In this document: positions 1 through 9,977 of the stretch, piece by piece | How positions within the stretch are numbered: position 1 is the first letter of the stretch | Layout: each line of letters opens with the position of its first letter | DNA from: Dehalococcoidia bacterium | GTDB taxonomy: Bacteria > Chloroflexota > Dehalococcoidia > UBA2247 > RBG-13-53-26 | Length of the DNA: 39,828 nucleotides | Direction of reading: 5' to 3' | NCBI GenBank assembly: GCA_041478585.1 | Contig: JBGOWL010000001.1 | Span: forward strand, 1-39,828 | Program-made: the position numbers and the translations under genes | Notes under the pieces: generated by a model | Told to the model about the DNA's origin: nothing | The model's database searches: none | What the model saw: the letters and a program-made list of their open reading frames with translations, nothing else

Positions 1-1
1 C

Positions 2-463
2 TGGCCTGCGGACAGGGCTGATCAGGCCAGGCTGCTGAAGAAGCTGAGATCACGTACTCTGTCTGCGACCATGAACAGGAGGGCATTCTCGCTGATTTAC
101 TTCTTCTACTTCGTCATGAGTCTGCCACCGGTGATTCACCGACAGATAGTCAGGCTCCTGGTTTTCCTGCGGACACATGTTGATTGCCCTTTCCTGACCA
201 ACGGAGGCGTCGTCTGGCCCAAGATGGGCTCCCAAGAACCGGCTGTCACCCACATAGGCAATGCCAGGATAATCAATTTGACTGGCTTGTCGCCAGTGGT
301 GACACCGTGGAGACTGGGCTTTGGCGTCTGTACCTACAACAAGACTATGAATGTCTCTTTGATCTATAGACCATCCATGTTCTCCAGGGACAAAGTGCAG
401 CAATTCCTGGACTTGTACGTCGAAGAGGTGATGAACTACCAGGTCGGTTCGAAGGGCGCCTGA
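2..463 (+). CDS. 3' end of a CoA-dependent acyltransferase / condensation-domain-like protein; the 5' end lies outside the window
   Basis: Frame 2 has no stop from nt 2 up to the ATG at 71 listed in the ORF track, and ends at TGA 461-463. The C-terminal ...LGFGVCTYNKTMNVSLIYRPSMFSRDKVQQFLDLYVEEV looks like the last strand/helix of condensation/WS-DGAT/PapA5-type acyltransferases. Family assignment is by eye only. Confidence 0.35.
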   Translation, partial: WPADRADQARLLKKLRSRTLSATMNRRAFSLIYFFYFVMSLPPVIHRQIVRLLVFLRTHVDCPFLTNGGVVWPKMGSQEPAVTHIGNARIINLTGLSPVVTPWRLGFGVCTYNKTMNVSLIYRPSMFSRDKVQQFLDLYVEEVMNYQVGSKGA

Positions 464-672
464 CACTACCGGCTGCCGTTTCATCCCCAAACGCTTTCCC
501 TGTCATTCCAACTCCCCTGTGCCATGACTCCCTCATCATGCCATCCGCTCTCTTGTCACGTCATCACTCCGAAAACAGGGCATTTTCATACTTCGTGGTG
601 ACGGTGGCAACCGTCATGACACACGAGCTATGAACTGTGAACTACGAGCCATCAGCCATAAGCCACCTGTAG

Positions 673-693
673 GGGAGGCCCTGGTGGCCTCCC
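673..693. terminator. GC-rich hairpin between convergent genes (possible bidirectional terminator)
   Basis: GGGAGGCC (673-680), loop CTGGT, GGCCTCCC (686-693) form a perfect 8-bp stem. It lies between the + CDS end (463) and the - PPTase end (754). There is no clear U-tract on either strand. Confidence 0.3.
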
Positions 694-753
694 ATCGGGC
701 GGGGAGGGGACAAGCCTGCCGGAATCCATGGATCATAGCCCGAGCCCTGGGGT

Positions 754-1326
754 TCACTGACTTCCAGGGGTTATCCACTCAACGTCGTTGTCGTCTTTCA
801 GCACCGCAACGATATGCCCATCGTAGCGCAACTGTTCCACGGTATGGAGACGATCCTGGTAGAAGATCAGGATATGGGTCTTGTCCGGTACCGAGACCAC
901 CTGGCATGACCTCATGCCGGCCAGCCCTGTGCTGGCCGACTTGACCACCGCCTCTTTGGCTGTCCAGCAGCGGTAAAGGGCATCCCATGATCTGCCGCCG
1001 CAAAGCTCCCATTCCTCCTCTCCTGCCACATAGCCGAAGATCGATTGGCTGCGGGGCTTTATCTCCTCAATATCGATCCCTATTCGGTCGGTGCTGACGA
1101 CCGCTGCCACGTATTTGGTTTTGTGGGAAACAGACCAGTGATAGCTGCCTGATGGGCGGGGGACATCATCTTCGTCTTTGGATAGCTCCCGCAGTACCAC
1201 GCCGCTTCTATCGGCGCTCAGTCTCAGCGCCTGTCTGGCCTGTTTGCTGAGGAGGGCCACCTTCTGTCTGCCCTTGAGGGTCTGGAGGTCACTGGGCACT
1301 GGCAGAACGATGGGAAAGAGGGTCAT
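754..1326 (-). CDS. 4'-phosphopantetheinyl transferase (Sfp type)
   Basis: 190 aa with GIDIEEI (Mg/CoA motif) and WTAKEAVVK (W/FxxKEA motif). It is the last gene of the FAS-like operon, 4 nt after fabI. Confidence 0.85.
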   Translation of the reverse strand: MTLFPIVLPVPSDLQTLKGRQKVALLSKQARQALRLSADRSGVVLRELSKDEDDVPRPSGSYHWSVSHKTKYVAAVVSTDRIGIDIEEIKPRSQSIFGYVAGEEEWELCGGRSWDALYRCWTAKEAVVKSASTGLAGMRSCQVVSVPDKTHILIFYQDRLHTVEQLRYDGHIVAVLKDDNDVEWITPGSQ

Positions 1327-1330
1327 GTGG

Positions 1331-2134
1331 CTAATCCGGTTTCAGTGCCCTCTTGACGATGTCTTTATCGAAGGCGTTGACCGACATTCCGGCATCTATG
1401 ACGATGCCCTGGGCGTTGATCCCGCTGGACCGCTCGCTCAGGAGAAAGGCAGCCACGTTGGCCACTTCTTGCGTCTCCAGGGCTTTCTTGCGCAGCGTCA
1501 GTTGCTCTGCGAAGAGGTAGTAGTCAATATATCCCGGGATACCCGCCGAGGCGGACGTTTTCAATAGCCCTGGGTTGACCGAGTTGAACCGCACCTGGGA
1601 AAAGATGCTGAAGGACTTGGCCAGAAAGCATATGGTGGAGTCCAGACCTGCCTTCACCGGCGACATGAAGCCGTAAGTCTCCACCGCCATTCTGGTTGTC
1701 GATATTGATATGGTGACTACCGAGGCTTTGTTGTCCAGCAGGCTTCTGAAGGCATTGGCGATGCTGATCAGAGAATAGCAGGAGATATCAACGGACTGAA
1801 GGAAGTTCTTCTTTCTCGTTTCATGGAACGGTCTGACACCGTCTTCGTAGTTGGCGAAGGCGATGGAGTGCACGATCCCATGAATTACGGGGTGCTTCCT
1901 TGAAATGTCATCAGCCAGCTTGGTGATCTCTTCTTCCCGTTCTACATCACACGTGTAGATCTCAGCTCCGGGAAGAAGCTTGGAAACACTTTCCTTTCTC
2001 TCCGGAGAGCGCACTGAATAGATCACCTGCGCCTTTGCCTCCGAGAGAACCTGGCCTACGAGGTAGGCCACGCTCTTTTTGTTGGCCACACCGAAGACCA
2101 GGAAGATTTTGTTCTCCAGATTAAGGAAGTCCAT
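1331..2134 (-). CDS. fabI: enoyl-ACP reductase (FabI-type SDR)
   Basis: 267 aa. The N-terminus [20 protein letters not shown] matches the FabI GxAxxxSIA dinucleotide-fold signature, and length and layout are typical of FabI. Confidence 0.85.
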   Translation of the reverse strand: MDFLNLENKIFLVFGVANKKSVAYLVGQVLSEAKAQVIYSVRSPERKESVSKLLPGAEIYTCDVEREEEITKLADDISRKHPVIHGIVHSIAFANYEDGVRPFHETRKKNFLQSVDISCYSLISIANAFRSLLDNKASVVTISISTTRMAVETYGFMSPVKAGLDSTICFLAKSFSIFSQVRFNSVNPGLLKTSASAGIPGYIDYYLFAEQLTLRKKALETQEVANVAAFLLSERSSGINAQGIVIDAGMSVNAFDKDIVKRALKPD

Positions 2135-2145
2135 ATGGTGCCCTC

Positions 2146-2565
2146 CTACCCGCTGGCCAGGGTGACCGCGAATTCCACCGTGACCGCTGTCTTACCGTCA
2201 ACTGAGGCCTTGCCCTTCAGGAAATAGACATTGCTCATTTTTTCGGCGATTTCCGCCTCGATCTCCAGGGTGTCACCGGGCTTGACCATGTTCTTGAATT
2301 TGGCATTGTTGATTCTCGCCAGGACTGGGACGCCGTCCTCGACGTTGCCCATGATCCTGGACAGCAGAATGGCCCCCGATTGAAATATGGCCTCGCAGAC
2401 GAGCACTCCGGGCATGATCGGATTGCCAGGGTAGTGACCTTTGAAGAACTCTTCCTCAGGCCTTGCCTTTCTGGTCGTCTTTATCTTCGTATCTGTCAGC
2501 TCTACGATGGTATCGACAAACAGAAACGGCGGGCGGTGAGGTATGGCCTTCAGAATCTCTTCCAT
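2146..2565 (-). CDS. fabZ: 3-hydroxyacyl-ACP dehydratase (FabZ-like hotdog)
   Basis: HRPPFLFVD and [17 protein letters not shown] motifs. I place the start at ATG 2565 (MEEILK...) because GGAGGA lies 8 nt upstream and the fabG stop (TAG 2567-2569) is immediately adjacent. The tracked ORF start at 2607 would overlap fabG. Confidence 0.85.
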   Translation of the reverse strand: MEEILKAIPHRPPFLFVDTIVELTDTKIKTTRKARPEEEFFKGHYPGNPIMPGVLVCEAIFQSGAILLSRIMGNVEDGVPVLARINNAKFKNMVKPGDTLEIEAEIAEKMSNVYFLKGKASVDGKTAVTVEFAVTLASG

Positions 2566-2566
2566 T

Positions 2567-3307
2567 CTATAATCCTCCGCTGACCTCCAGCACTGTGCCA
2601 TGAACATACGATGCGTCGCGAGAGGCCAGGAAAAGGACGCAGACGGCCACCTCTTCAGCTTTACCGAATCTCCTCATTGGAATCTGGGACAGGTATGCCT
2701 CCCGCAGTTTCTCAGGAAGATCATCGATGAATTCGGTGGTGATGAAGCCCGGAGAAACGCAATTGACCGTGATGCCTCTGGTGCCCACCTCTCTGGCCAG
2801 CGATCTCATCAGGCCGACCTGCCCGGCCTTGGAAGCGGCGTAGTTTGATTGGCCTTCCCACCCGAATCTCCCCATGGGTGAGGTGATGATGACAATTCGG
2901 CCGTACCGCTTGCGCATCAGGGACATGACAGCGAATTTGCACATGAAGAAGGTGCCGGTTAGGTTCACATCTAGCACATTGCGCCAGTCCGCTTCCTTCA
3001 TCATGGCCAGCACCGAATCCTTTCTGATACCGGCGCTGCTTATCAGAACTTCAAAGCCTCCGTAGGTGCTGTCCACATATTTGTAGAATTTCTCCACCTC
3101 TTCATAACTGGCTACGTCGAACTTCTGCACATCGATCCTGGCAGCGAACTGCTCGTTCTCCTGTTTGAACTGTGCTGCCGTCGCGTCATCTGAGACATAA
3201 GTGCAGATCACCCTGGCGCCTGACTTGAGAAAGGACTCCGCGATAGCCCTGCCAATGCCCCTGGTGCCGCCGGTGACGATAACAGTCTGACCTCCAAAGT
3301 CAACCAT
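2567..3307 (-). CDS. fabG: 3-oxoacyl-ACP reductase (FabG-type SDR)
   Basis: 246 aa with TGGTRGIGRAIA (TGxxxGIG), NYAASKAG (YxxxK) and a PGFITT segment. Confidence 0.85.
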   Translation of the reverse strand: MVDFGGQTVIVTGGTRGIGRAIAESFLKSGARVICTYVSDDATAAQFKQENEQFAARIDVQKFDVASYEEVEKFYKYVDSTYGGFEVLISSAGIRKDSVLAMMKEADWRNVLDVNLTGTFFMCKFAVMSLMRKRYGRIVIITSPMGRFGWEGQSNYAASKAGQVGLMRSLAREVGTRGITVNCVSPGFITTEFIDDLPEKLREAYLSQIPMRRFGKAEEVAVCVLFLASRDASYVHGTVLEVSGGL

Positions 3308-3331
3308 CTCTTGCCTCCTGAAAGGGCGCGC

Positions 3332-4750
3332 TCATGCCCTCAGATATTTGTCTGCGTTGTTGGCCACGATGACGCCATAATTGGCTGCGCCCAGCCATCC
3401 GGACATGATAATGCCCACCGAGCCGGTGTGGAAAAGCCCCCGAATCTGCGCGGGGAGCCCCATGCTGATCTTCAGTCCTTCGAATTTTGTGCCGAATGAG
3501 GTGCCGTTGGGATGAAGTGTATATCTTTCAAAGGTCTTCGGAGTAGCTGCCTCCAGATAGTCGATCTTGTCCCGAACCCCCGGGACGTATTTCCCCAGAG
3601 CATCGACAGTTGACTCGATCAATTCCTGCTTGGATGCTTGGTACTCTTCGGGGGAAAGGTTTGCCCAGTCCTCGTAGTTGGCATTTGTGGAAGCAACTAT
3701 GGAGTACATGTCTGATCCCGGTCTTGTCGTCGGGTAGTAGAAGGAATAGGTCCGACTGGTGATGTTCCTGCTGCGCAATTTCTCGGAGTCGAATTTTTCT
3801 GCCACGGAGGTGAAGTAGAGGTCACCGACGAAATCAATTGCTGCACCTTTCTTGATGCCGATGTAGACCTGGCAACTGCTGTTGTTGATGCGCACCTTTC
3901 TGGCCTCTTCAGCGAAGCCGCTGTCGAAATGCTCGTCGCCAACGAGGTTGCACACTGTTGATTTGGCATTGGCGTTGGAGACCACTGACCTGGCCTTGAT
4001 CGTTTTCCCGTTTGCTACTACGCCGGTGACTTGTCTGCCTTCCACAACTATCCTCTCTACCAGGGAGTGGGTGCGGATGTCGACCCCGTTCTTGATAAGC
4101 TCGGCCTGCATCATGGAGATGATCTTGTCGGTCCCGCCCTGGAAGGTGTAGACGCCTTTGCTCATGAAGTTGGAGAAGACGATTCCATAGCTTATCGCCG
4201 GATCGTCCAGGGTGGATCCATTGGCATAGGTTATTGGCTCCATCAGCAGACGAACCACATCGTCTCGGCCGGGAAAGAATTTCTCGAAGAGCTGTCTGGT
4301 GGTCATCTGCTGGTCGTCATAGAAATTCATTCCTCTGGCAGTATCGAAGAAGGCGTCAAGGGACTCCTTGGGCACTCTGAACTTCTCCTGTAGAATCCTT
4401 GTGAAGTCGTCCCTGTCGAAGGTGGTGCTGAGCGAGAACTGCGGATTGTCGAACCTGATCGCTTTGAGCTGGACAATTGAGTCGGCGATTTCACGATTCC
4501 AGTATTTGCGGCAGGTCTTGATCATACCCACGGGGAATCCGTGCAGGGAGATGTCAAAGATATGCCCGCCCTTTCTGTGGAACCATGTGGCCAGGCCGCC
4601 CAGCTTATGGTGGTGCTCCAGTAGCAGGACGGAGTAGCCGTCCTTGGCCAGCATGTTGGCTGCCGTCAGGCCGCCCAGCCCGCTGCCGATGACAATGACA
4701 TCATATTGTGGTCTTGTGCCTTCCAACCAGTCGCCAGCCATTTCTCTCAT
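3332..4750 (-). CDS. FAD-dependent oxidoreductase, phytoene desaturase (CrtI)/amine-oxidase family
   Basis: 472 aa. [37 protein letters not shown] is the classic GxGxxG-x17-E FAD fold of CrtI/CrtD/RetSat-like enzymes. It overlaps the upstream paralogue by 4 nt. Confidence 0.8.
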   Translation of the reverse strand: MREMAGDWLEGTRPQYDVIVIGSGLGGLTAANMLAKDGYSVLLLEHHHKLGGLATWFHRKGGHIFDISLHGFPVGMIKTCRKYWNREIADSIVQLKAIRFDNPQFSLSTTFDRDDFTRILQEKFRVPKESLDAFFDTARGMNFYDDQQMTTRQLFEKFFPGRDDVVRLLMEPITYANGSTLDDPAISYGIVFSNFMSKGVYTFQGGTDKIISMMQAELIKNGVDIRTHSLVERIVVEGRQVTGVVANGKTIKARSVVSNANAKSTVCNLVGDEHFDSGFAEEARKVRINNSSCQVYIGIKKGAAIDFVGDLYFTSVAEKFDSEKLRSRNITSRTYSFYYPTTRPGSDMYSIVASTNANYEDWANLSPEEYQASKQELIESTVDALGKYVPGVRDKIDYLEAATPKTFERYTLHPNGTSFGTKFEGLKISMGLPAQIRGLFHTGSVGIIMSGWLGAANYGVIVANNADKYLRA

Positions 4751-6186
4751 TTGTCCCTCAACAGGTGTAGATTTGCTATTGTAATGCCGCTCAGCATCGC
4801 GCCCACAATCCCCAGGAATCCCTGATCTGTACCACAGATGAAAAGGTTATCTAGATGCGTCCTGCCGTTTCTTACCTTTTGAGGCGAGCCATACACCGCC
4901 CCATTCAGATGTCCGGTGAATTTGTAGATTGTCTTCGGGGTGAACACATCGCTGAATATAATCGAATCCCGAAAATCGGGGACAATCTTCACTGCTGCCT
5001 CGAGGGTAGCCTTCAGACAAGCCTCCTTCTGCATCTTGTATTCTTCTTTGCCTAAGCTGTTCCAGCGGTCGAAGTTGGCCAGATTGGTGATCCTGATCAT
5101 ATTCTCGGGCAATGGACTGCCGATCACATTCTTGGGCGATGGATTGTCGAACGTATTCTCATGCGGTGGGTCCCCGAAAAAAAAATTGTTGGGACAGCAT
5201 ATGACCCCGCTGGAGACGTCTATCAGACTGTCGGGCTTTCGGTAGCTGAACCTGTCTGAGTCGTTGAAGAAGATTATGGTGGTCTCTAAACCCAGGTCAG
5301 AGGGTTGCTTGTCCACCACCAGGATGGATTCCATGAAGGAAAGCAGCCCCACTTCGTGTTTGGAAACTGTTGTATCGGGGTCGGACAACAGGTTCATGGT
5401 CTCAACATGGCCGACAGTGGACAAAACCTTGTCGGCTGTCAGGACATCGCCGTTGTCTAGCAGGAGGGATTCTGCTTTGCCACCTGAAACCCGAATGCTC
5501 TGTACTCCTGATCTCGTTCTCAATTCGCCGCCACAATCCCCGTATTTCTTCACCAGGAGGTCGAGGATATGCCGCACTCCGGCCCTCGGTCTGGCAAACC
5601 CCTGGCAGAAAATGCTCTTGAACATGATAACAAACTGACCAAATTCCATATCATGCTCCTGGGCGTTCCCATAGTACATAAGTGGGCAGAAAAGCATGTC
5701 AACCAGCAGTGGATTGGAGATTATGCTGCTCACCACCTGGCGTGCCGAAAGTGGCTTTGCCTCCAGTGACAGTTCGTCATATTCGGATATGGTCTTGAGC
5801 AGTTTCTGAAAGTTGTCAGTCTGAGCTGGGAAGTTCTCGGCGACCTCACTGAGAAAAAACTCGAAGTTGTTGGTGAATCGAATTTTCCTTTCGGGAAACT
5901 TGATGACCGACATACGTTGTTGACATAAATCAAGGTCCTCGAATCTCAGCCTCAGTTGTCGCAGCAGCTTTGGCAATGGTGTCGACTTGACACCTTTAGG
6001 AACATAGTTGGTCATGGCATGCAAGCCAACATCGAGCTTGTATCCGTCCTTGCTGTAGAAAGAGTTCAGTCCCCCGACGCGGTGGTGTTTCTCAAGTATG
6101 CAGACCTTCTTGTCGAAGTAGGCTAGCCTGATGCCGGCGGCGAGTCCGGACATTCCTGCGCCAATAATCAAAACGTCGTAGTTCAT
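4747..6186 (-). CDS. FAD-dependent oxidoreductase, phytoene desaturase (CrtI)/amine-oxidase family, second paralogue
   Basis: 479 aa. [37 protein letters not shown] is the N-terminal FAD fold. A 4-nt overlap with the next gene indicates translational coupling. Confidence 0.8.
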   Translation of the reverse strand: MNYDVLIIGAGMSGLAAGIRLAYFDKKVCILEKHHRVGGLNSFYSKDGYKLDVGLHAMTNYVPKGVKSTPLPKLLRQLRLRFEDLDLCQQRMSVIKFPERKIRFTNNFEFFLSEVAENFPAQTDNFQKLLKTISEYDELSLEAKPLSARQVVSSIISNPLLVDMLFCPLMYYGNAQEHDMEFGQFVIMFKSIFCQGFARPRAGVRHILDLLVKKYGDCGGELRTRSGVQSIRVSGGKAESLLLDNGDVLTADKVLSTVGHVETMNLLSDPDTTVSKHEVGLLSFMESILVVDKQPSDLGLETTIIFFNDSDRFSYRKPDSLIDVSSGVICCPNNFFFGDPPHENTFDNPSPKNVIGSPLPENMIRITNLANFDRWNSLGKEEYKMQKEACLKATLEAAVKIVPDFRDSIIFSDVFTPKTIYKFTGHLNGAVYGSPQKVRNGRTHLDNLFICGTDQGFLGIVGAMLSGITIANLHLLRDK

Positions 6187-6352
6187 GGCTCAAGTAATAT
6201 GATCAGCGACCTTCGTATCCCCATGGTCCAGCGGTACAGTGGCTGAAGCAATGTTGGCGGTTGTCTTCACCCCCAGCAGCCCGGCAGTATGGCGGGGTTC
6301 TGGGGGTACGGTGAAGAAAGAAACTGTACTCAGTCTCTTTGCTTGTCTGGGG

Positions 6353-6604
6353 CTAGAGGTGTGCCATGCGCGGTTCGAGGTATGCCACTGCGCCATCGAG
6401 CGTAGCCATCTGAATGTAGTCGTCTTCTGGGACCTCGATTCCGTAGCGTTTTCGCAGTTCCATGATTATGTCCAGGAAGTCCATGGAATCCAACTCAATC
6501 TGGTCACGGATACGGATGTCACCCCTCAGATTGCTCAGATCTTCATCTGGCACAATTTGGGCAATCACTTCCACAATGACAGATCTGATTTGTTCACCAA
6601 GCAT
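6353..6604 (-). CDS. acyl carrier protein
   Basis: 83 aa with a DQIELDSMDFLDIIMEL phosphopantetheine-attachment (DSx) motif. ATG start with a purine-rich RBS (AGGGGGGG) upstream. Confidence 0.85.
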   Translation of the reverse strand: MLGEQIRSVIVEVIAQIVPDEDLSNLRGDIRIRDQIELDSMDFLDIIMELRKRYGIEVPEDDYIQMATLDGAVAYLEPRMAHL

Positions 6605-6645
6605 AAGCCATCCCCCCCTCTAGAATAGCTGTAACTACTATTTCT

Positions 6646-7935
6646 TCAGCATTGCCCATCAAATCTTTTGACGATAACTACCGAATTGATGCCAAGCATG
6701 CCGAAGGAATTATTCATGATATGGTCAATCTTGTCAACCTTTGCGGGCTTATTGATCACCAGATTGGGAATGGCGCATCGGGGGTCCAGGTTGTCCAAGT
6801 TTACTGTTGGATGAACAAAATTGTCATTGAAAGAGGGCAGGTTCCCTGCCAGCTCCAGAGCCCCGGCGGCTCCCATGGTATGGCCGATGTAACTCTTCGT
6901 GTTATTGGTGTAGGTACGGGGGGCATCTTTGAAGACCTCTGCAATTGCCTGGCACTCCTGCAAGTCGCCCTGTTGAGTCCCCGTGGCGTGGCTGCTGACA
7001 ATATCGATATCACTGGCGGAAAGTCCGGCCTTTTTCAACGCCAGCCTCATGCACTCGGCCTGTCTCGGCGCATGTGGAAGAATGAAATCAAATGCATCCG
7101 AGTTTGTGGCATAACCTACGATTTCGCCATAAATCGTAGCCGATCTCCTGAGGGCATCGCTCAGTCTCTCCAGAAGGCAGACACAACCGCCTTCCGAGAC
7201 AACGACGCCGTTTCGGTCCCTGTCAAAGGGGCGGCATGCTTTATGAGGATCAGAATGAGAGGCCAACGCACCCTCACTCTTGAAGCCGGCGAATATGCCG
7301 AAGCTATGAATGCTCTCCGAGACTCCGCCCGCCAGGGCCAGATCTACCTCATCAAGCAGCAGCATTTGCAGACCCTGAATGAGACCGATGTTGCCAGCGG
7401 CGCAGGCGGCTCCCAGGGTGTAGTGAGGTCCGGTGATCCCCATGTTCAAGGTGACTTCGCCAGCCGGATTGTTGGCCACTGTTCTGGGATTGTGGTGATG
7501 TGACCAGTATTTGACGTCATAGTCATATTGCTTGATGGCGTAGATCTCGTTCTCAGTCTCTATATTGCCATGCTCGGTAATTCCAAGGTACACGCCGATC
7601 CCGGATTTGTCCAATGTGGTGAGATCCAGTCCTGAATGAGCGACAGCCTCATTGGCGCAGTAGATGGCTATGGAGCCTGCTCGTGTACCGCGCCGCAACT
7701 CTTTTTTTTTCTGGTACTTCAGCGGGTCGAAGTGGCATACACCTGCCAGTACCTCACCCATGTAATGGGTTTCGATTCTCTCTATGCCAGCCTTCCCGTT
7801 AAGCAGGTTCTGTCTGAATTCCGAGAGGCTATTGCCATTCGGGGCGGTCAGGCCGACGCCTGTAATCACAATACGCTGTTCATTGGCCATTTCGATCTTA
7901 GAGTCCTTGGTTCTTGCTAGAGATACCATGTTCAA
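6646..7935 (-). CDS. beta-ketoacyl-ACP synthase (KAS I/II, FabB/FabF-like)
   Basis: VITGVGLTAP, GAACAAG (active-site Cys), SSHATGT and GHTMGAAG (His/His) motifs. The tracked ORF begins with TTG at 7935. ATG at 7890 (MANEQRIVITG) is the more likely start given the putative promoter at 7921-7948. Confidence 0.9.
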   Translation of the reverse strand: MNMVSLARTKDSKIEMANEQRIVITGVGLTAPNGNSLSEFRQNLLNGKAGIERIETHYMGEVLAGVCHFDPLKYQKKKELRRGTRAGSIAIYCANEAVAHSGLDLTTLDKSGIGVYLGITEHGNIETENEIYAIKQYDYDVKYWSHHHNPRTVANNPAGEVTLNMGITGPHYTLGAACAAGNIGLIQGLQMLLLDEVDLALAGGVSESIHSFGIFAGFKSEGALASHSDPHKACRPFDRDRNGVVVSEGGCVCLLERLSDALRRSATIYGEIVGYATNSDAFDFILPHAPRQAECMRLALKKAGLSASDIDIVSSHATGTQQGDLQECQAIAEVFKDAPRTYTNNTKSYIGHTMGAAGALELAGNLPSFNDNFVHPTVNLDNLDPRCAIPNLVINKPAKVDKIDHIMNNSFGMLGINSVVIVKRFDGQC

Positions 7936-7964
7936 TACTCATTGTCAAATTAGTGGTGTGCGTT

Positions 7965-7993
7965 TTGACAATCTATCCGTCCCGCTCTATCAT
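7965..7993 (+). promoter_or_regulatory. candidate sigma70-type promoter for marC-family gene
   Basis: TTGACA (7965-7970), a 17-nt spacer, then TATCAT (7988-7993), 43 nt upstream of the start at 8036. The -35 box lies in one arm of a 9-bp inverted repeat. Confidence 0.35.
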
Positions 7994-8035
7994 CAGGGAT
8001 CGATTCAGGCACAGCAATAATCCGGAGAATAGCTG

Positions 8036-8626
8036 GTGGAAGATTTCGTCAAGACCTTCGTACCCCTCTTCATAGTGATAGATGCCTTTGGCAATCTGCC
8101 GTTTGTCCTCTCTTTGAGCGAAGGTGCGACCAGGAGCGAGCGACACCGGATGATCAACATTGCTGTCCTAACTGCAGCTGTGCTCGGCCTGGCGTTCTTG
8201 TTCATGGGCAAGGCCATTCTGGATGTGATGGGCATTTCTGTAGGTGCCTTTGCTGTTGCAGGGGGGCTCATTCTCCTTGTCCTTTCAATCAGGTATATAC
8301 TGACAGGCCACATTGTCGAGGTTATCAAAGAAGAAATGGTGGCAGTTGTTCCTATCGGCACTCCTCTGACAGTTGGTCCGGCCACGATAACGACACTACT
8401 GCTCCTGGCAACTCAGTTCCCGCTATATATGGTGCTGATGTCTTTCGCTTTGAATATTGCTGTGGCGTGGATGTTCTTCATGTTGAGCGGTTGGTTTGTG
8501 CGCGTCTTGGGACAAGGTGGTATCAAGGCAGTCTCAAAGGTGTTCAGCCTGTTGCTGGCAGCTATCGCTGTGACCATGGTTATCGACGGTCTGGATAGGC
8601 TCGGCGTACTTACTATTGAAATGTAG
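8036..8626 (+). CDS. MarC-family (UPF0056) integral membrane protein
   Basis: 196 aa and multi-TM. The N-terminal FVPLFIVIDAFGNLPFVLSL resembles the MarC family signature. Confidence 0.8.
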   Translation: MEDFVKTFVPLFIVIDAFGNLPFVLSLSEGATRSERHRMINIAVLTAAVLGLAFLFMGKAILDVMGISVGAFAVAGGLILLVLSIRYILTGHIVEVIKEEMVAVVPIGTPLTVGPATITTLLLLATQFPLYMVLMSFALNIAVAWMFFMLSGWFVRVLGQGGIKAVSKVFSLLLAAIAVTMVIDGLDRLGVLTIEM

Positions 8627-8723
8627 TTTGGACGAGAGATGCATATGAGGCCAAATAGATGATCCATGTCTGACCATGTGGTGTAAGGCTTGCTTTTCAT
8701 AGGCTTATGCCTGCGGTGCCGAT

Positions 8724-9440
8724 ATGGGTTTCGATCAAATCTACATGCAGAACCTGCTGGAGAAAGTCAAACATGAGAACTCACTGGATCTGCTGGGCAT
8801 AGCGGATGTACGGGGATCAAGAGAAGGATTTCTCGAACTGCCCAAAGATGTCAGAGAGATATTCCCTTTGGCCATTGTGATTGCCGTACGTGTTTCTCGA
8901 AGTGTGCTCAATACCCTGGAAGATGGCCCGAATCTCCTCTACTATCATCACTATCGACAGCTCAACTTCCAACTGGATCGAGCAGCGTTGAGGATGGCTC
9001 AGGAGATCGAGAGGGAAGGTTATGCGGCTCTACCCATACCTGCTTCACAAATCGTGAACTGGGCGACCATGAAGGGTCACTTGCCGCACAAAGATGTTGC
9101 CTACCTGGCTGGGTTGGGCTGGCGAGGCCGAAGCAATCTTCTGATTACTGAAGAATGGGGTTCCCAGATGCGCTTGGCCACTGTGCTGACGAACTTACCT
9201 CTGGATGCTGGCTATCCGCTGGAAGTGGATTGTGGATCCTGCCGTCGCTGTTTGGCTGTTTGCCCGGCGGGGGCGATAAAAGAGGAGCCTGGTGCGTTTG
9301 ATCACACGGCATGCTACCAGCAATTGAAAGAGTTCAGCAAAACGCGACAGATTGGACAATACGTGTGTGGGCTTTGTGTGAAAGCCTGCCACGGTTCGGC
9401 TGGCAATCGAGAGGGATCAATCACAGGAAGTGTCAGGTAG
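8724..9440 (+). CDS. QueG/RdhA-superfamily 4Fe-4S protein (short epoxyqueuosine-reductase-like)
   Basis: HKDVAYLAGLGWRGRSNLLITEEWGSQMRLATVLTNLPL followed by CGSCRRCLAVCPAGAI and CGLCVKAC matches the QueG core as I remember it. At 238 aa it is much shorter than canonical QueG (about 380 aa). Confidence 0.65.
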   Translation: MGFDQIYMQNLLEKVKHENSLDLLGIADVRGSREGFLELPKDVREIFPLAIVIAVRVSRSVLNTLEDGPNLLYYHHYRQLNFQLDRAALRMAQEIEREGYAALPIPASQIVNWATMKGHLPHKDVAYLAGLGWRGRSNLLITEEWGSQMRLATVLTNLPLDAGYPLEVDCGSCRRCLAVCPAGAIKEEPGAFDHTACYQQLKEFSKTRQIGQYVCGLCVKACHGSAGNREGSITGSVR

Positions 9441-9443
9441 CCA

Positions 9444-9977
9444 ATGGGAAGAGCCAAGGAACCACAACTGGTGAAGACCTTTGTGGGCATGCTTACGGCT
9501 CGGTTATCCCTCCTGCCCAAAGTAAACAGCTTGCTCCAGGAGAGATTGGGGCCGATTGATATCGAGAGTGACACACTGGACTTCAACTACACGCGGTACT
9601 ACGAGGAAGAGATGGGGCCGGGATTGAAGAGACGCTTTCTGGGATTTCATCATCTGGTACCTCCCGATAGACTGGTGGAGGTGAAGCTCTTCACTAACGA
9701 GTTGGAACAGATCCTCGCTGAAGAAGGAGAACGGCTGGTGAATCTGGACCCGGGATACCTGACCTCGGCCAAGGTGGTACTGGTCAGCACCAAGGATTAT
9801 GCGCATCGTCTCTATTTGAGCGGTGGAATATATGGTGAAGTCACGCTGGTCTATCAGGACAGGCGGTTCCAGATACTGCCGTGGACCTATCCTGACTATC
9901 GGAGTGAGGCATACCATGAATTCTTCAAGAAACTGCGGGCAGCGTATCTGGGGCAAATAGAGATCAAAGGTACTTGA
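9444..9977 (+). CDS. DUF4416-family protein
   Basis: 177 aa. FNYTRYYEEEMG and NLDPGYLTSAKVVLVSTKDYAHRLYL match the remembered DUF4416 pattern. It starts 3 nt after the upstream stop. Confidence 0.7.
   Translation: MGRAKEPQLVKTFVGMLTARLSLLPKVNSLLQERLGPIDIESDTLDFNYTRYYEEEMGPGLKRRFLGFHHLVPPDRLVEVKLFTNELEQILAEEGERLVNLDPGYLTSAKVVLVSTKDYAHRLYLSGGIYGEVTLVYQDRRFQILPWTYPDYRSEAYHEFFKKLRAAYLGQIEIKGT

Noticed and set aside
7702-7710. Homopolymer runs inside coding regions: T9 at 7702-7710 (KS, encodes KKK), A9 at 5177-5185 (CrtI-like, FFF) and T9 at 24964-24972 (GlgE, KKK).
   Set aside because: All reading frames are intact across them. They are potential slippage or sequencing-error sites, but nothing suggests phase variation.
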